Shown: piece after piece, positions 1 through 13,463 of the stretch
Layout of the letters: each line of letters starts with the position of its first letter
How positions within the stretch are numbered: position 1 is the stretch's first letter
From: Lingula anatina
Lineage: Eukaryota; Animalia; Brachiopoda
Reading direction: 5' to 3'
DNA length: 64,000 nt
Assembly: GCA_051362555.1 (NCBI GenBank)
Contig: CM120645.1
Coordinates: forward strand, 24,642,934-24,706,933
Notes under the pieces: generated by a model
The model's database searches: none
What the model saw: the letters and a program-made list of their open reading frames with translations, nothing else
What the model was told of the DNA's origin: nothing
Position numbers and translations under genes: made by a program

Positions 1-118
1 GTTTATATGACTTATATATATTTATAGTTAAATTGTCAACAAGTTGTTGGTGATATGGACCTTTCACACATATACAGACAGTATATATATATATATATGT
101 ATTACTTTGAATTTCCAG

Positions 119-880
119 AGCTGGCACTTCTAACCCACAAACCAAGGGCGGCGTCTGCGTATGCTGTGGGTACTACTAAGTGTGCAGGTACCCTAGTCAT
201 TTCTACACACTCTTTTATTGGAATAGAGGAAAAAACATTTCATATACATGAAACCCCATATTTTTTTTCAATTTTTACAAAATTGCAGGATGATAATTTG
301 GATATGAAGACTATGCAAAAGGAGTGATGTTTGAGATGGAGTGTTTTAAAATATGAAATGGGGAAGGATTATTCGTTTAACTATTGTTGAAATGGTTGAT
401 TTTGTGTAATTCCAAAGTGTGGAGCTCTTCTAGGGACCATTCCCACAGATATTTGGATTGATCTATCTTCCTGGGGAGTCTTACTAAATTGCCATCAACT
501 TTACTGACTTAAATGTCTGTCACGCCTAGTAAAGCTGTTAGGGGGTAATTATCTCTACCCCCTAACTGATTCGGTAGGCGTGACAGACATTTAAGTCAGT
601 TAGTTGATAGCAATTTAGTGAGACTCTCCAGGGAGTTAGACCGATCCAGATGGATCGATCTAGGCATGGGAAGAGGCTGTTCCACTTTTCTTTAGTATTA
701 TAAAATTACGTGTTTATGTATATTCTTATAGCATCCATCTGTATTTCAGTGCTTGATGTTCAAGCTTTTGAGCGTCTCCTGGGGCCTTGCATGGATGTCA
801 TGAAACGGAATATAGATGAATATGAAGAACAGTTAGCTCAAGTCTTTGGCTCAAAAGTGGAGATCACAGACCTACGATGA
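119..880 (+). CDS. PRKAR2: cAMP-dependent protein kinase type II regulatory subunit, last two coding exons (partial gene)
   Basis: Exons 119-187 ([23 protein letters not shown]) and 750-880 ([43 protein letters not shown]), joined by a phase-1 GT-AG intron. Matches the RII cNMP-B phosphate-binding cassette and C-terminus. AATAAA at ~909. Confidence 0.93.
438..672. mobile_element. Palindromic MITE-like dispersed repeat (family copy 1)
   Basis: Long imperfect inverted repeat (ctgacttaaatgtctgtcacgccta ... taggcgtgacagacatttaagtcag) with cattccc...gggaa termini. Related copies at ~28711-28922 and ~40287-40490. Confidence 0.7.
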
Positions 881-1245
881 AAAATAGACCAGAATATAAA
901 ACTTGTGTAATAAAGTATCAGAGTATTAAGTATCAATTAATTTTATCTCTGTACTCTGTTTGGATGAAATTCAAAATGAAATGTATGATAATTTAAGACA
1001 AATTAATTAACTTGGACATTTCACTGCTCTGAGAGTAGACCGTGTACTGGGGAATCAGTTTAGCTTTATTCATTGTAAATCAGCACAATCAGTTACTGGG
1101 TGCCACATGTGACCATATGCAGCACTGTGTCCTGGGTGGCAGCAAGGTACTCACATCAATGAGGGTGGGGGTGGGGCATAACCTAGACTGAGTGATTTCA
1201 CAAGTTTTGTTCTTCACTTTCTTGATTTGTATGGTGGCAAGGTAG

Positions 1246-1279
<34 letters not shown>

Positions 1280-3097
1280 GGGGGGGGGTGTCTCTATAAA
1301 ATCTACAGGTTGTGCTTAGTAGACATATATCTTGATTTGAAAGAGAAGACAATGTAGAAGGGGATGGGGGGGGGCTAACATGTGTTGAAGTCAGTATTTA
1401 AAAATAAACCATGATTTTGTTGATATAATTACATGCTGTGTTGCAAACACTCCAGTGGTGCACATGAAGTAGATGTATGTTTAATAAGATTTCAATCTAG
1501 TCTTATAGCAAGAGAAAATGTTCTGGAGAGTGGAGTGGACTGCTCTTCTGTAGGGAGGGGCACACCAGGCGGGTTTATACAGTAGTAAATTTTGACATGT
1601 TTGCTCTACAGCACCAAGGTCAGTGATGAGTTGGGGTGGATATTTTTTGTAATTTCTTTACCTGGAGCTAGACTGTAATCTTACTTTGGACATGTTAGCT
1701 GTATGGTATGGATATATAAACCTATATGTAGACTTCCAATGTTGATTTGGTGCTGCACACTCATCTGAGTAATTATTCATAGTATTTCAGTTAATTTCTT
1801 TGTGTTGACAAATGTGGGTTGTGCCAGTTGACAGCATTTATACCAAATATATTTAAACCAAATCTGAGTGTTGAAACTCGGTCGATCACCTTGCCATAAA
1901 TTGTGAGTTTATCCATATGCAACAAATTTTCATAAGTCCCCCTTTAAATTTAACCTCAATATGTCATTATTTAAGCATAAGTATATTATGTAGCATATTG
2001 CCAAAGTTTAAAGCAGAATATGAACACATTTTCAGGATAAATCGATTAGTATTTAATATGTTCCAAGTATTCACATCTTCCTAGAATAATCTAACAATGC
2101 TCAAAGTTGGCCGTTCTCGGGAGTATGATTAATAGTTGATAGAAAGTGGTTGATGTTTAGTAGTATTTAATGTTTATTCATTGTACGTTTTCTGAGAATT
2201 GTTGTAGATATTTCTAATGTTAGTACTGTGTTAGTACAATGTTATTCAATGTTGCTTCATCTTGTCGTTGGCTGTTCTCAATTTTTTAATGATTCCTGGT
2301 CACGTGCCCCTGGTCACGTGTTAAGAATAAATTAAAAGGTCCACAGCTTGCGTCTGTCAACTGCTGACAAAAATTCACAAGTGGTTATTTTAATAAAATG
2401 TGAAAAAATATTTTAGAAATGTTGTATTTATTTCATGTTTGTTTTATTTTCTCACCCAGTATATGCCACAGTTTTCCCGTTTGTCGTGTCTAAGCTAACA
2501 GTATCTGGGTCCGAATGTAAGTTGACCCAAGGAGTTATAACTCCTTGCTTGACCAGCTCCAGATAATACACGGTGATTCAGTCTCTTCCAAAGCACCTCG
2601 TTCCTTTCCCCATCTTGTAGATAAGTACCCTGAAAACGCCGAGATATTTCACCTCACCTGCATCATGTCGGGATGATACAAATAAATCGCCCATGTACTG
2701 CATTCGAAATTTCTCATGTTAGATTATTATACACTGGGTGCCATGTGTATTGCCATGCTTAAAAATCTTTTAGTAAATATTGACACGCTTAAAACTTTAT
2801 ATGAATGCTGCGTATACACTATGTACAGGTAGTAAACAAAACTACAATTTTAAATCAATGGAGTGAATGGCTTCAGAGTTTGGTCGGACATGACGTTTAA
2901 ATGGAAGCAACAATAAACAATTTTTAAGATTTGGAAATTGTTATTGATGAAGATTTCCCTTTGCTTGCTTTCCAATTTTTACTCTTTAAAATCTTTTTAT
3001 TAAGTTTGTGAAATAAAACTTTGTTTCTTCTACAGGTTCCATAAACAAAACATTAAAATAGATTTCGTCAATAATATTTTGATATAGTTTAAGCGCT

Positions 3098-3409
3098 TTA
3101 AACTGGTTGTAAGTATGGCAGCTCCTCCAGGTCGTCATCCTCCTCCTCCTCCTCCTCTCCCTCCTCCTCCTCTAGCCTCAGCAGTATGTCCTGTGCCGTG
3201 GGCACTTCCTCCAGACCCAGTGCCACCCGACCAAGTCTGATGTCCAGGTAGGTCGCCATGTTGACCACTGTCACCTCGGAGGTCAGGGTCAGCAGCAGGA
3301 GAAGACACACATCCCGGAGCCGGAAGATGGTCACTGGCAGCACAAATGCTAAATATCCCAGGCACATTGTCAACAATATTCTCTTCATTGACAGCATGTG
3401 AACGTGCAT
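3098..3409 (-). CDS. Possible small membrane protein with acidic tail (uncertain ORF)
   Basis: GC-richer 103-codon ORF with two hydrophobic segments and a poly-E/D tail encoded by a (GAG)n microsatellite. No recognised family. Confidence 0.25.
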   Translation of the reverse strand: MHVHMLSMKRILLTMCLGYLAFVLPVTIFRLRDVCLLLLLTLTSEVTVVNMATYLDIRLGRVALGLEEVPTAQDILLRLEEEEGEEEEEEDDDLEELPYLQPV

Positions 3410-4542
3410 GAATCCCGGAGGTTATCATAGACAGATATCCACATAACTTCCATGGATGTATTCTGTGATGAATTTCACCATGGCGACTACTGTTACTAAG
3501 TCACTGGAGCGTCACATGTACGTATATTCTACCTATGACGACACAAAGCAACGTTACGTTACGCTATAGATATCGTTTTCACAATTTATAGCAAATCGGA
3601 TAGTAATGAGACAAACATATTTTATGTCGCCGTCTTACATGTATTATACGTTTAATTTGTGTAGAGAATGAGTACGTAGAGTACGGGTTTATATCCTGAT
3701 AAAACACACTACCCCCATGTAATTTATCATTTTGGAAAAGGTCTTTTATTACTGTCATCATTATGATAGCAATGTGATAAATGAAAGTTTACTGCTTTAA
3801 ATCTTGCTTTTACATGTTTATCTTTTTAAATTAGTCGCTTTACGTCTTTGTTACACTGTAGAAAAGCGGAATGCGAGAGAGTGAGAGAGAGATAGGGATA
3901 TAATATATTCACTAGAATTTATGTAACATTAAGATACGTTTTTTTTTTGAAAAGGTAAACAGTTGAGCCGTAACTCATTTTCCGTTGATAATTCAGAATT
4001 ATTGCATTTTGGGCACTTTATTTTTCCTGAAAAAAAAAAAAAAAAAAAAAAAAAAAGGAGATCGCGTAGTCCTACGACACGCCTGCTGTCTAGAATGTTA
4101 TTCTAGCCTCTAGATTTTCGCAGATATTACTACTTTAGACCAATTTTTCTCGGGTTGAAAAAGCTCCTTTTTGTCCCCCACTGTGCAACAGGCAATGCCT
4201 CTTGTTCCCAAATATTGACAGAACGCACGCAGTAAGTAAACACACCAAAGAAATATAGAAAATACCAGTATGTAATGTTTACTGACGTATATAGACGTTG
4301 ACTTTAATTAGAACCGATATATTTACAAATAAAAAAACATATAAAAGAAGGACACATGGAAAAGTTAACATTAAACGGACGGCAACGTTTCCAAAAATTC
4401 ATTCAACTTCTTGTCCTCCAAAAACATTGAATTATGTGATGTCATTCCCCTTCTCGATGTCCACCGAACTCACTCAACGTCATTTTCAGCTTAAAGTAAC
4501 GAACATGATGTCACAAAGTTTATTTTAAATGGAGTCTTTAAA

Positions 4543-6036
4543 TCACTTGCTTTCTTCAAATGTGGCAGAAGCTCTTGCAAGCCCGCGTTTCCTGAAACAG
4601 AATGGAAACTAATAATAATAATAATGTTGTGGTTTGGTCTTCCTGGTCATAACAATAACGTGTGTTATTTGTTGTCTTAAAAGTCCCCATTTCTTAAAAT
4701 AACCTGTAAATAAATGCTTTTGACACAATTTCGTTAAAACGCTGCTTAAAAATATCACTTTACCTGTCTTTTCAACAAAAACCAGTTGCAGAAAAGTGTG
4801 AACTTAAAAAGTTACTTCACCAAATATATAAAACTCACAGACGTTATTTATTATCATGGAAATCCCATTGTTGTAAAGCAATTTCCAAAATGTCTTTATG
4901 TGGAAAGCTTTTCAACAACAAATTGAAATGACAAGATAGGATGTACTGAGGCCAGGACTGTAGCGGTGTGTGTGTGTGTGTGTTTGTGTGTATTCCGACG
5001 TCTATATACTTACGCCTCCCGTGTGAAGGTATCCAGGTTGATCCTGTCCAGCTCTCCTCCAGCCGGGTGTTGGTCTAGGTCAGTGACCCCAAGGGTCATC
5101 AGAGCTGAGAAACATAATACATGGTTATCTTATACTGTTCAACACTATTTAATATACTATTATACTATACTATAATATGGACATTGTGCAAATTAAATAG
5201 CAAAAAGCAACAGCAGAGGTACAGTGTACATGTACTCGTAATGCTAAGGAGTACTAGTACATTGCAATTATACTAGTACTGTACGTAGCACTCCAAAATG
5301 AACTGCAACAGCTTGACTCGTATTTGGGGAAAATTCAGTTATATATATAATGTCGTTTTAAATTTGTGAAATTCTTACCTTCTTTGTATTGCTGTAAAGT
5401 GATATAACCCCTTTCAGTGGGGTCAAGCATTCCAAATATAGACCTTATGTTACTTTCGTCAAATAGGCAAGGAAAGTCCAATTTTGTTGTTCTTGCATTT
5501 TTTAATTTTTCTAACTGATCAATAAGAAATTTCTTGGGATCCTCTGAAAATGAAAGTCGGTAAGATTTAATTTTCAGTTACATACTCCAATAGTTGTAGT
5601 TGAGGACGTGGAAGGAAGGCACCCGGCCTTATCCGCTTTTAAAATATATTATTATTATTATTACTACAAATGTCACTGCTTGTGTATTTTACTGAAAAAG
5701 TAAACATTTTTCACAGTTCATTGTAATATTTTTACAAAACACCTATGTTAAAAGGCTCACAGCTTGTAGAGATATGATTCTGATACCAGGCACTTGCCAA
5801 CTACGGGGAATATTTTCCGAACGAGTCCAATACACAGTTAGTGCCAGAATTCACTAACTAAATCTGGCGTACGTTGAGATGTAAGGAAACATATTGCATC
5901 GTAAATTAAACCTACCTGGTTTATTATATATAAGCTGTGCTGTGAAATTATCAAATAAGTCTAAAATGCGATGATTTTTCAAATATTCGTGAGCGTCGAC
6001 CTGCCGCGGCCACTTGTCTTTTCCGTCAGACGCCAT
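4543..6036 (-). CDS. EFCAB10: EF-hand calcium-binding domain-containing protein 10-like
   Basis: Four exons, 6036-5916, 5543-5379, 5104-5014 and 4591-4543, with consistent phases and GT-AG introns: MASDGKDKWPRQVDAHEYLKNHRILDLFDNFTAQLIYNKPEDPKKFLIDQLEKL...LFDESNIRSIFGMLDPTEKGYITLQQYKEALMTLG...ASATFEESK*. N-terminal dimerization/docking-like segment plus an EF-hand. Confidence 0.88.
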
Positions 6037-7798
6037 CTTTGTTTTCGCTAGCAACACGCAACGAACTGTGGGTAATTTTCTCAGGCGCATTCACCGGCGC
6101 ACCTACCACAATCACTGCCCGCAACACTGCAGTAACAGTAAAACTCCATATGCTACGCGCAAAGTAATATTCTTGATAACGGTTGTAGGCAATCTGAAGT
6201 CAAATTTGAATAGAGATGAACCTGAATAAATTTCATTATGAAAAATTAATAAATAATTTATTCGAGCATTAAATGTGGCAGTTACATTTGTTAGCCCTCT
6301 ATACTACAAATATATAAATAAATAAATAGTTATACATCACTATGGATTACTACTAATACTAATACAGTGTTTAAGATTATTAATTACAGTGTATACGTTG
6401 TTTAGAATACTTATAACAATTGTAAATAGGTCAATACACTGAGGGAACACACATTTTCTTTGATAGGCTTATAGCTATATGTATCTAATGTGCCATACTT
6501 ATGGTTCATATAATATATAGCAGGATGAGGCTACTTCAGTGTGGCAGATGCTCATTTCTTTTGGAAATTGCCCTATGAATGTATTTACCAACAGCGTACA
6601 ATTCTTTCTCATTTTCTGGGCTTAGTATGATTTTAACCTTCTCGTCACTGCTTGCTAGGTAATGCATGTCACATGCCCTCCCTCTCTTTTACATGGTGTC
6701 TACATTCTAGTAGGAAGTGCACTTCGTCCTCGATTGCAGGACAGTGGGGACAGTGGGGACAGTGGGGACAGAATCGTTCCTCGCGTGGTGTTTTAGGTCT
6801 GGTGTAGCGTCCTCTTTCCATTTCCAGAATATGATCACTGACTCTAATTTTAAGATCCTTTAAGGAAGTCTAGATACGGCTATAAAAAACTGGAACTCAA
6901 AAATTGAACCCACTCCAGGCTACCATAGGCCTAATGCTAAAACGCGTGGAACCCGCAAAAATGTATGGTTACATGTACTTGTATATATGGCATTTTTAAT
7001 GGTATATTAAATGCCAATTAGGGCCACGACGTTAACTATGCCTCATTTTCCTCTGAATTAAAATATCTAGGATCGAAGGTATTTTGGGGAGATGATACAT
7101 TATTAATTACAGAGTCCACATGTATTGATCGACAAAACCATTATATTAATACATACTGCCATGACGGTTCCGTTAAGATATAAAACCATAGTTACCAAGA
7201 AGCGAATAAGTGACATGTTTGGAATCTCTATACTTTTTATGGTTTCAATCTACTTGGGACTTCACATCGGTGTCTATTTAATTGTATTTTTATGAAGCAC
7301 TTGTGTCGACAGCATTTCTTGGGGATATATCTGTAATTTAGCGTGTTGGTGTTTGGGAGTATTAAGTGTGCTTCTCATGATATTTAATGTTATTCTGTAT
7401 GCTATGATATATCTTAGTGCACACCATACAGTTACATCAGCGCTTCCTTGAAGCAGAGTCGAAGAAGTTGACAGCCATAATTGACAGCACCACTTGCATC
7501 TTTAAAAGTAATTAATCTCCTTTGACAAGAAAAATTAATAGGTTAATTTAATTAAATATCTTTTTGTTATTTTATGGATACAGGTAGGTTTGAATGACGA
7601 TGGTAGTATATATAGGCCTATATACACACACTGGACAATAGGAGTGTCACCCTTACTGAACCAATATACTTTGAGGGAGATAAATGACTGTGAAATGATA
7701 TGCTCCTGGTATCATTTTATTAACATCAAATTTCACAAAAGAAACGGTTCTGACTGAACAATTCAACTGTATCGATATTCTGACATTGCTTATATTCC

Positions 7799-7856
<58 letters not shown>

Positions 7857-8215
7857 TGTATTTATTTGCAACTTAAAAAGTTGGATTTTACAATAAAAAA
7901 CAAATAGTGGTGAGATGCACAATCTAAAAATATACTTGTAAGTGTTTAAATGATTCGATGCACTTTAAAAGTTCATAAAAACCTCAGTTATTAAAATTTG
8001 ATAAAGCCCATGGGAAAACTTGTCAACATCAAAACTTAACCCTTCAAAAGACCAAGCAAATTAAGCCGCAAAGTTGCTATTATCTTCAATAACTATTTTC
8101 GTCTATTTTATCAAAGATAAACCAGTTAATTCTGTTGGTCCATAAACCCAGGGACAGGTGTGAGAGGGGATGCATGTTTTTCATCGGCCTTTTTAATAGT
8201 TTTCCAAGCTGGTTA

Positions 8216-11200
8216 TTAGTAGTAAATACGCGCTGGCATATTGGAAGTTGTTTCCGTTGGAATGTCATTGGTTTTTATGGTTACCGTCGCAGGTATGTTC
8301 AGGGTATTCCTTGCTGGCATGTTAGAAGTATTACTTGTTGGTACGTCTAGGGTCTTACCAACTTGTAGAAGATTATTAGCTGGAAAATACAGCCTATTCA
8401 TACTGATATCTATGGCTGGCATAATCCTACGCCTTGTGTTTTTTCTTACAGGTAAATTCACATCCATCATAGTATTCGTGCGGCTGCTGTCTGGTGTGTT
8501 TACGGTATTTCTTGACGATACTTCCATAGTATCGCTGGTCACTAAATTCAAGGTATGCATAGCGTTGTTAGCTTGCGCGGGGACCCCTGTCATCCCAGAA
8601 TTACTTTCTGGCATAGAATTCCATGTTTTCATAGTATTACTTGCTGACATGGAATTCCCAGTCGTCATGGGATCACTTGCTGACATAGAATTCCGTGTCG
8701 CTGCGGTCTTACTTGCTGGCATTGGATCCATTGTCAAGATCAACATTGAATTCTCCCTCCTCACTGTGTTACTTGCTGGCATAGTATCCCCTGTCATCAT
8801 GGTATTACTTGTTGGCATAGTATCCCCTGTCATCATGGTATTACTTGCTGGCATAGCATCCCCTGTCATCATGGTATTACTTGCTGGCATAGCATCCCCT
8901 GTCATCATGGTATTACTTGCTGGCATAGCATCCCCTGTCACCATGGTATTACTTGTTGGCATAGTATCCCCTGTCATCATGGTATTACTTGCTGGCATAG
9001 CATCCCCTGTCATCATGGTATTACTTGTTGGCATAGTATCCCCTGTCATCATGGTATTACTTGCTGGCATAGCATCCCCTGTCATCATGGTATTACTTGC
9101 TGGCATAGTATCCCCTGTCATCATGGTATTACTTGCTGGCATAGCATCCCCTGTCATCATGGTATTACTTGTTGGCATAATATCCCCTGTCATCATGGTG
9201 TTACTTGCTGGCATAGCATCCCCTGTCATCATGGTATTACTTGTTGGCATAATATCCCCTGTCATCATGGTGTTACTTGCTGGCATAGCATCCCCTGTCA
9301 TCATGGTATTACTTGCTGGCATAGAATTCCCTGTCATCATGGTATTACTTGCTGGCATAGTATCCCCTGTCATCATGGTATTACTTGCTGGCATAGAATT
9401 CCCTGTCATCATGGTATTACTTGCTGGCATAGAATTCCCTGTCATCATGGTATTACTTGCTGGCATAGTATCCCCTGTCATCTTGGTATTTCTTGCTGGC
9501 ATAGTATCCCCTGTCATCATGGTATTACTTGCTGGCATAGTATCCCCTGTCACCATGGTATTACTTGTTGGCATAGTATCCCCTGTCATCATGGTATTAC
9601 TTGCTGGCATAGAATTCCCTGTCATCATGGTATTACTTGCTGGCATAGAATTCCCTGTCATCATGGTATTACTTGCTGGCATAGAATTCCGTGTCGCTGC
9701 GGTCTTACTTGCTGGCATTGGATCCATTGTCAAGATCAACATTGAATTCTCCCTCCTCACTGTGTTACTTGCTGGCATAGTATCCCCTGTCATCATGGTA
9801 TTACTTGCTGGCATAGTATCCCCTGTCACCATGGTATTACTTGCTGGCATAGCATCCCCTGTCATCATGGTATTACTTGCTGGCATAGCATCCCCTGTCA
9901 TCATGGTATTACTTGCTGGCATAGCATCCCCTGTCATCATGGTATTACTTGCTGGCAAGGCATCCCCTGTCATCATGGTATTACTTGCTGGCATAGCATC
10001 CCCTGTCATCATGGTATTACTTATTGGCATAGTATCCCCTGTCATCATGGTATTACTTGCTGGCATAGCATCCCCTGTCATCATGGTATTACTTGCTGGC
10101 ATAGTATCCCCTGTCATCATGGTATTACTTGCTGGCATAGCATCCCCTGTCATCATGGTATTACTTGTTGGCATAATATCCCCTGTCATCATGGTGTTAC
10201 TTGCTGGCATAGCATCCCCTGTCATCATGGTATTACTTGCTGGCATAGAATTCCCTGTCATCATGGTATTACTTGCTGGCATAGTATCCCCTGTCATCAT
10301 GGTATTACTTGCTGGCATAGAATTCCCTGTCATCATGGTATTACTTGCTGGCATAGAATTCCCTGTCATCATGGTATTACTTGCTGGCATAGTATCCCCT
10401 GTCTTCATGGTATTACTTGCTGGCATAGTATCCCCTGTCGTCATGGTATTACTTGCTGGCATAGTATCCCCTGTCACCATGGTATTACTTGTTGGCATAG
10501 TATCCCCTGTCATCATGGTATTACTTGCTGGCATAGAATTCCGTGTCGCTTCGGTCTTACTTGCTGGCATTGGATCCATTGTCAAGATCAACATTGAATT
10601 CTCCCTCCTCACTGTGTTACTTGCTGGCATAGTATCCCCTGTCATCATGGTATTACTTGCTGGCATAGTATCCCCTGTCACCATGGTATTACTTGCTGGC
10701 ATAGCATCCCCTGTCATCATGGTATTACTTGCTGGCATAGCATCCCCTGTCAACATGGTATTACTTGCTGGCATAGCATCCCCTGTCATCATGGTATTAC
10801 TTGCTGGCATAGCATCCCCTGTCATCATGGTATTACTTGCTGGCATAGCATCCCCTGTCATCATGGTATTACTTGCTGGCATAGCATCCCCTGTCATCAT
10901 GGTATTACTTGCTGGCATAGCATCCCCTGTCATCATGGTATTACTTGCTGGCATAGCATCCCCTGATGACTGTGTTACTCACTGTGTTACTTGCTGGCAT
11001 AGTATCCCCTGTCATCATGGTATTACTTGCTGGCATAGTATCCCCTGTCACCATGGTATTACTTGCTGGCATAGCATCCCCTGTCATCATGGTATTACTT
11101 GCTGGCATAGCATCCCCTGTCAACATGGTATTACTTGCTGGCATAGCATCCCCTGTCATCATGGTATTACTTGCTGGCATAGCATCCCCTGTCATCATGG

Positions 11201-12039
11201 TATTACTTGCTGGCATAGCATCCCCTGTCATCATGGTATTACTTGCTGGCATAGCATCCCCTGTCATCATGGTATTACTTGCTGGCATAGTATCCCCTGT
11301 CGTCATGGTATTACTTGCTGGCATAGTATCCCCTGTCGTCATGGTATTACGTGCTGGCATAGTATCCCCTGTCATCATGGTATTACTACCTGGCATAGTA
11401 TCCCCTGTCATCATGGTATTACTTGCTGGCTTAGTATCCCCTGTCATCATGGTATTACTTGCTGGCATAGTATCCCCTGTCATCATGGTATTACTTGCTG
11501 GCATAGTATCCCCTGTCATCATGGTATTGCTTCTCGGCATAGGCGGTGGAACTGGTATAACCGGAATAGATGCCCGACAGGGATTAGTCAGACAGGAAAC
11601 AGACTCAATGCTGTCCACAGTGATATCCACAGATGGCAGTGTCGTCAGGGACTTCATTGCTGCATTAGGTGTTGACGGTGTGCTTGACACTACCTTCGGA
11701 CTGGACACTGCTGGTCGCTGTGACGTCACATCATTGGACGTCATCGCCTCCGACCTTTTAGGAATGGGTGTTGACTCCGGCAGTTTGAAATTGGTTACCT
11801 GATCCCCGGACGACGCAGGTTTCTCCAGAGCTAGCTCTGATAGTAATTTTGGTAAATCAGAGGTGTGTAAACCGCAGGGAGATTCCCCTGGTGCAGCGTT
11901 TGAGTAGACATCACTACCCAAGGGGCAGGGAATCTCCCAGGCAAAGCCATTTGAACAGAAAGTTAGGGAGGCTCTGTCTGGGTTAGCATACACTCCATTA
12001 GGAAGGCTTGGGTCACAGCGCCCTGAAAAAAAGATTCAA

Positions 12040-12085
<46 letters not shown>

Positions 12086-13412
12086 TCGTCTCGTAATATG
12101 TTGCAGTTAAGACAAGTAGTCTACACACTTCTTCAATGTAGTTATTCTCAGAATATAATGGTAAAATTACTTCACCCTAAGATCTCACCTTGGAAACTTC
12201 CATGGTACCTAGATAGGTCCAGTTCCATGTCGGTGTTATCTTTGCTGCCTGAACCCATGGAACTCGAGCGCATGTCGGTACCTTCTACACTGCCTGAGTC
12301 GACAACCATCCCGGTACCACCTACCATACTGGGTCCCATGTCGGTACCTTCTACGCTGCCTGAGCCTGGGTCCACCATGGTACCACCTACCATACTGGGT
12401 CCCATGTCGGTACCTTCTACGCTGTCTGTTCCTTTAGCGGTACTTTCTCTGGTGCCGGTACCTTCTACTCTGCTGGGGCCCATGATTGCACTGGCTATGC
12501 TGCCTTGGTTTGTTGTTGTAGTTTGCGCACTGTCCCGGTCCGTCATGGTACCTTCATCACTCTCCCGGTCCGTCATGGCACCTTCACCACTCTCCTGGTC
12601 CGTCATGGTACCTTCACCACTCTCCCGGTCCGTCATGGTACCTTCACCACTCTCCCGGTCCGTCATGACACCTTCACCACTCTCCCGGTCCGTCATGGCA
12701 CCTTCACCACTCTCCCGGTCCGTCATGGTGACCTCTGCCGCGGTGTTCTGGGCTTTTCTGGTGTCTCTCGTGCTACCTTGTCCCATGCTGACATTTGAAG
12801 ATCTGATGAAATAATGGTTATGACAGTGTTTTTAAAGTTTTTATTTTTAAAATGTCTTAAGAGGGAAAGAAAACAGAAAACAGAAAACATTGCAACAATA
12901 TATAATAACCAATTACTTCTGTAAATAAAATTCAGTCCTGATTTTCGAAGAAACCTGCCTTTTACCAAACAAACCACTCAGCACGTTTGAAGGAAAATGA
13001 AAAATACGTTTTGGTACTTAGGGGCCGTACTTCATCAAAATACGTGTAAAAACACCGAAATTTTGATAACTATCGTAAAAAGACCAAACAAATCCACATC
13101 GCAATTATAAAGTAAAATAAGTTTTGGGAATACGGTTTGGCACTTACAGGGCAAACGTCACAAAAATCGATTATTTCAAATTTGTGAAATTAAGCTCATT
13201 ATATCAAGCAAAGCCCCCAGTGTATTTAAAGTAAAAGCCAAATACGGTAAGGTCTGACAGCGACGATACGGACAGAAACAGTGATTAGATTATGTAGTAT
13301 AAATGCATAATACGAGAAAACGGCCTTGGACATTATTTTTGTATGACATAAACATTGTTATTGGTGGAGACGATATAATTTCTCGGTGTCATCAGAGGAG
13401 ACACATTGACGG

Positions 13413-13463
<51 letters not shown>

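Noticed and set aside
10964-10983. 20-nt GTGAGT...CAG micro-intron that might repair the frameshift
   Set aside because: Too short for a typical animal intron, and removing it does not restore the repeat frame.
8241-11802. 1144-aa and 278-aa hydrophobic plus-strand ORFs (VIMVLLAGIASP repeats)
   Set aside because: Antisense shadow of the 36-bp coding repeat. The minus strand has the signal peptide, splice sites and promoter.
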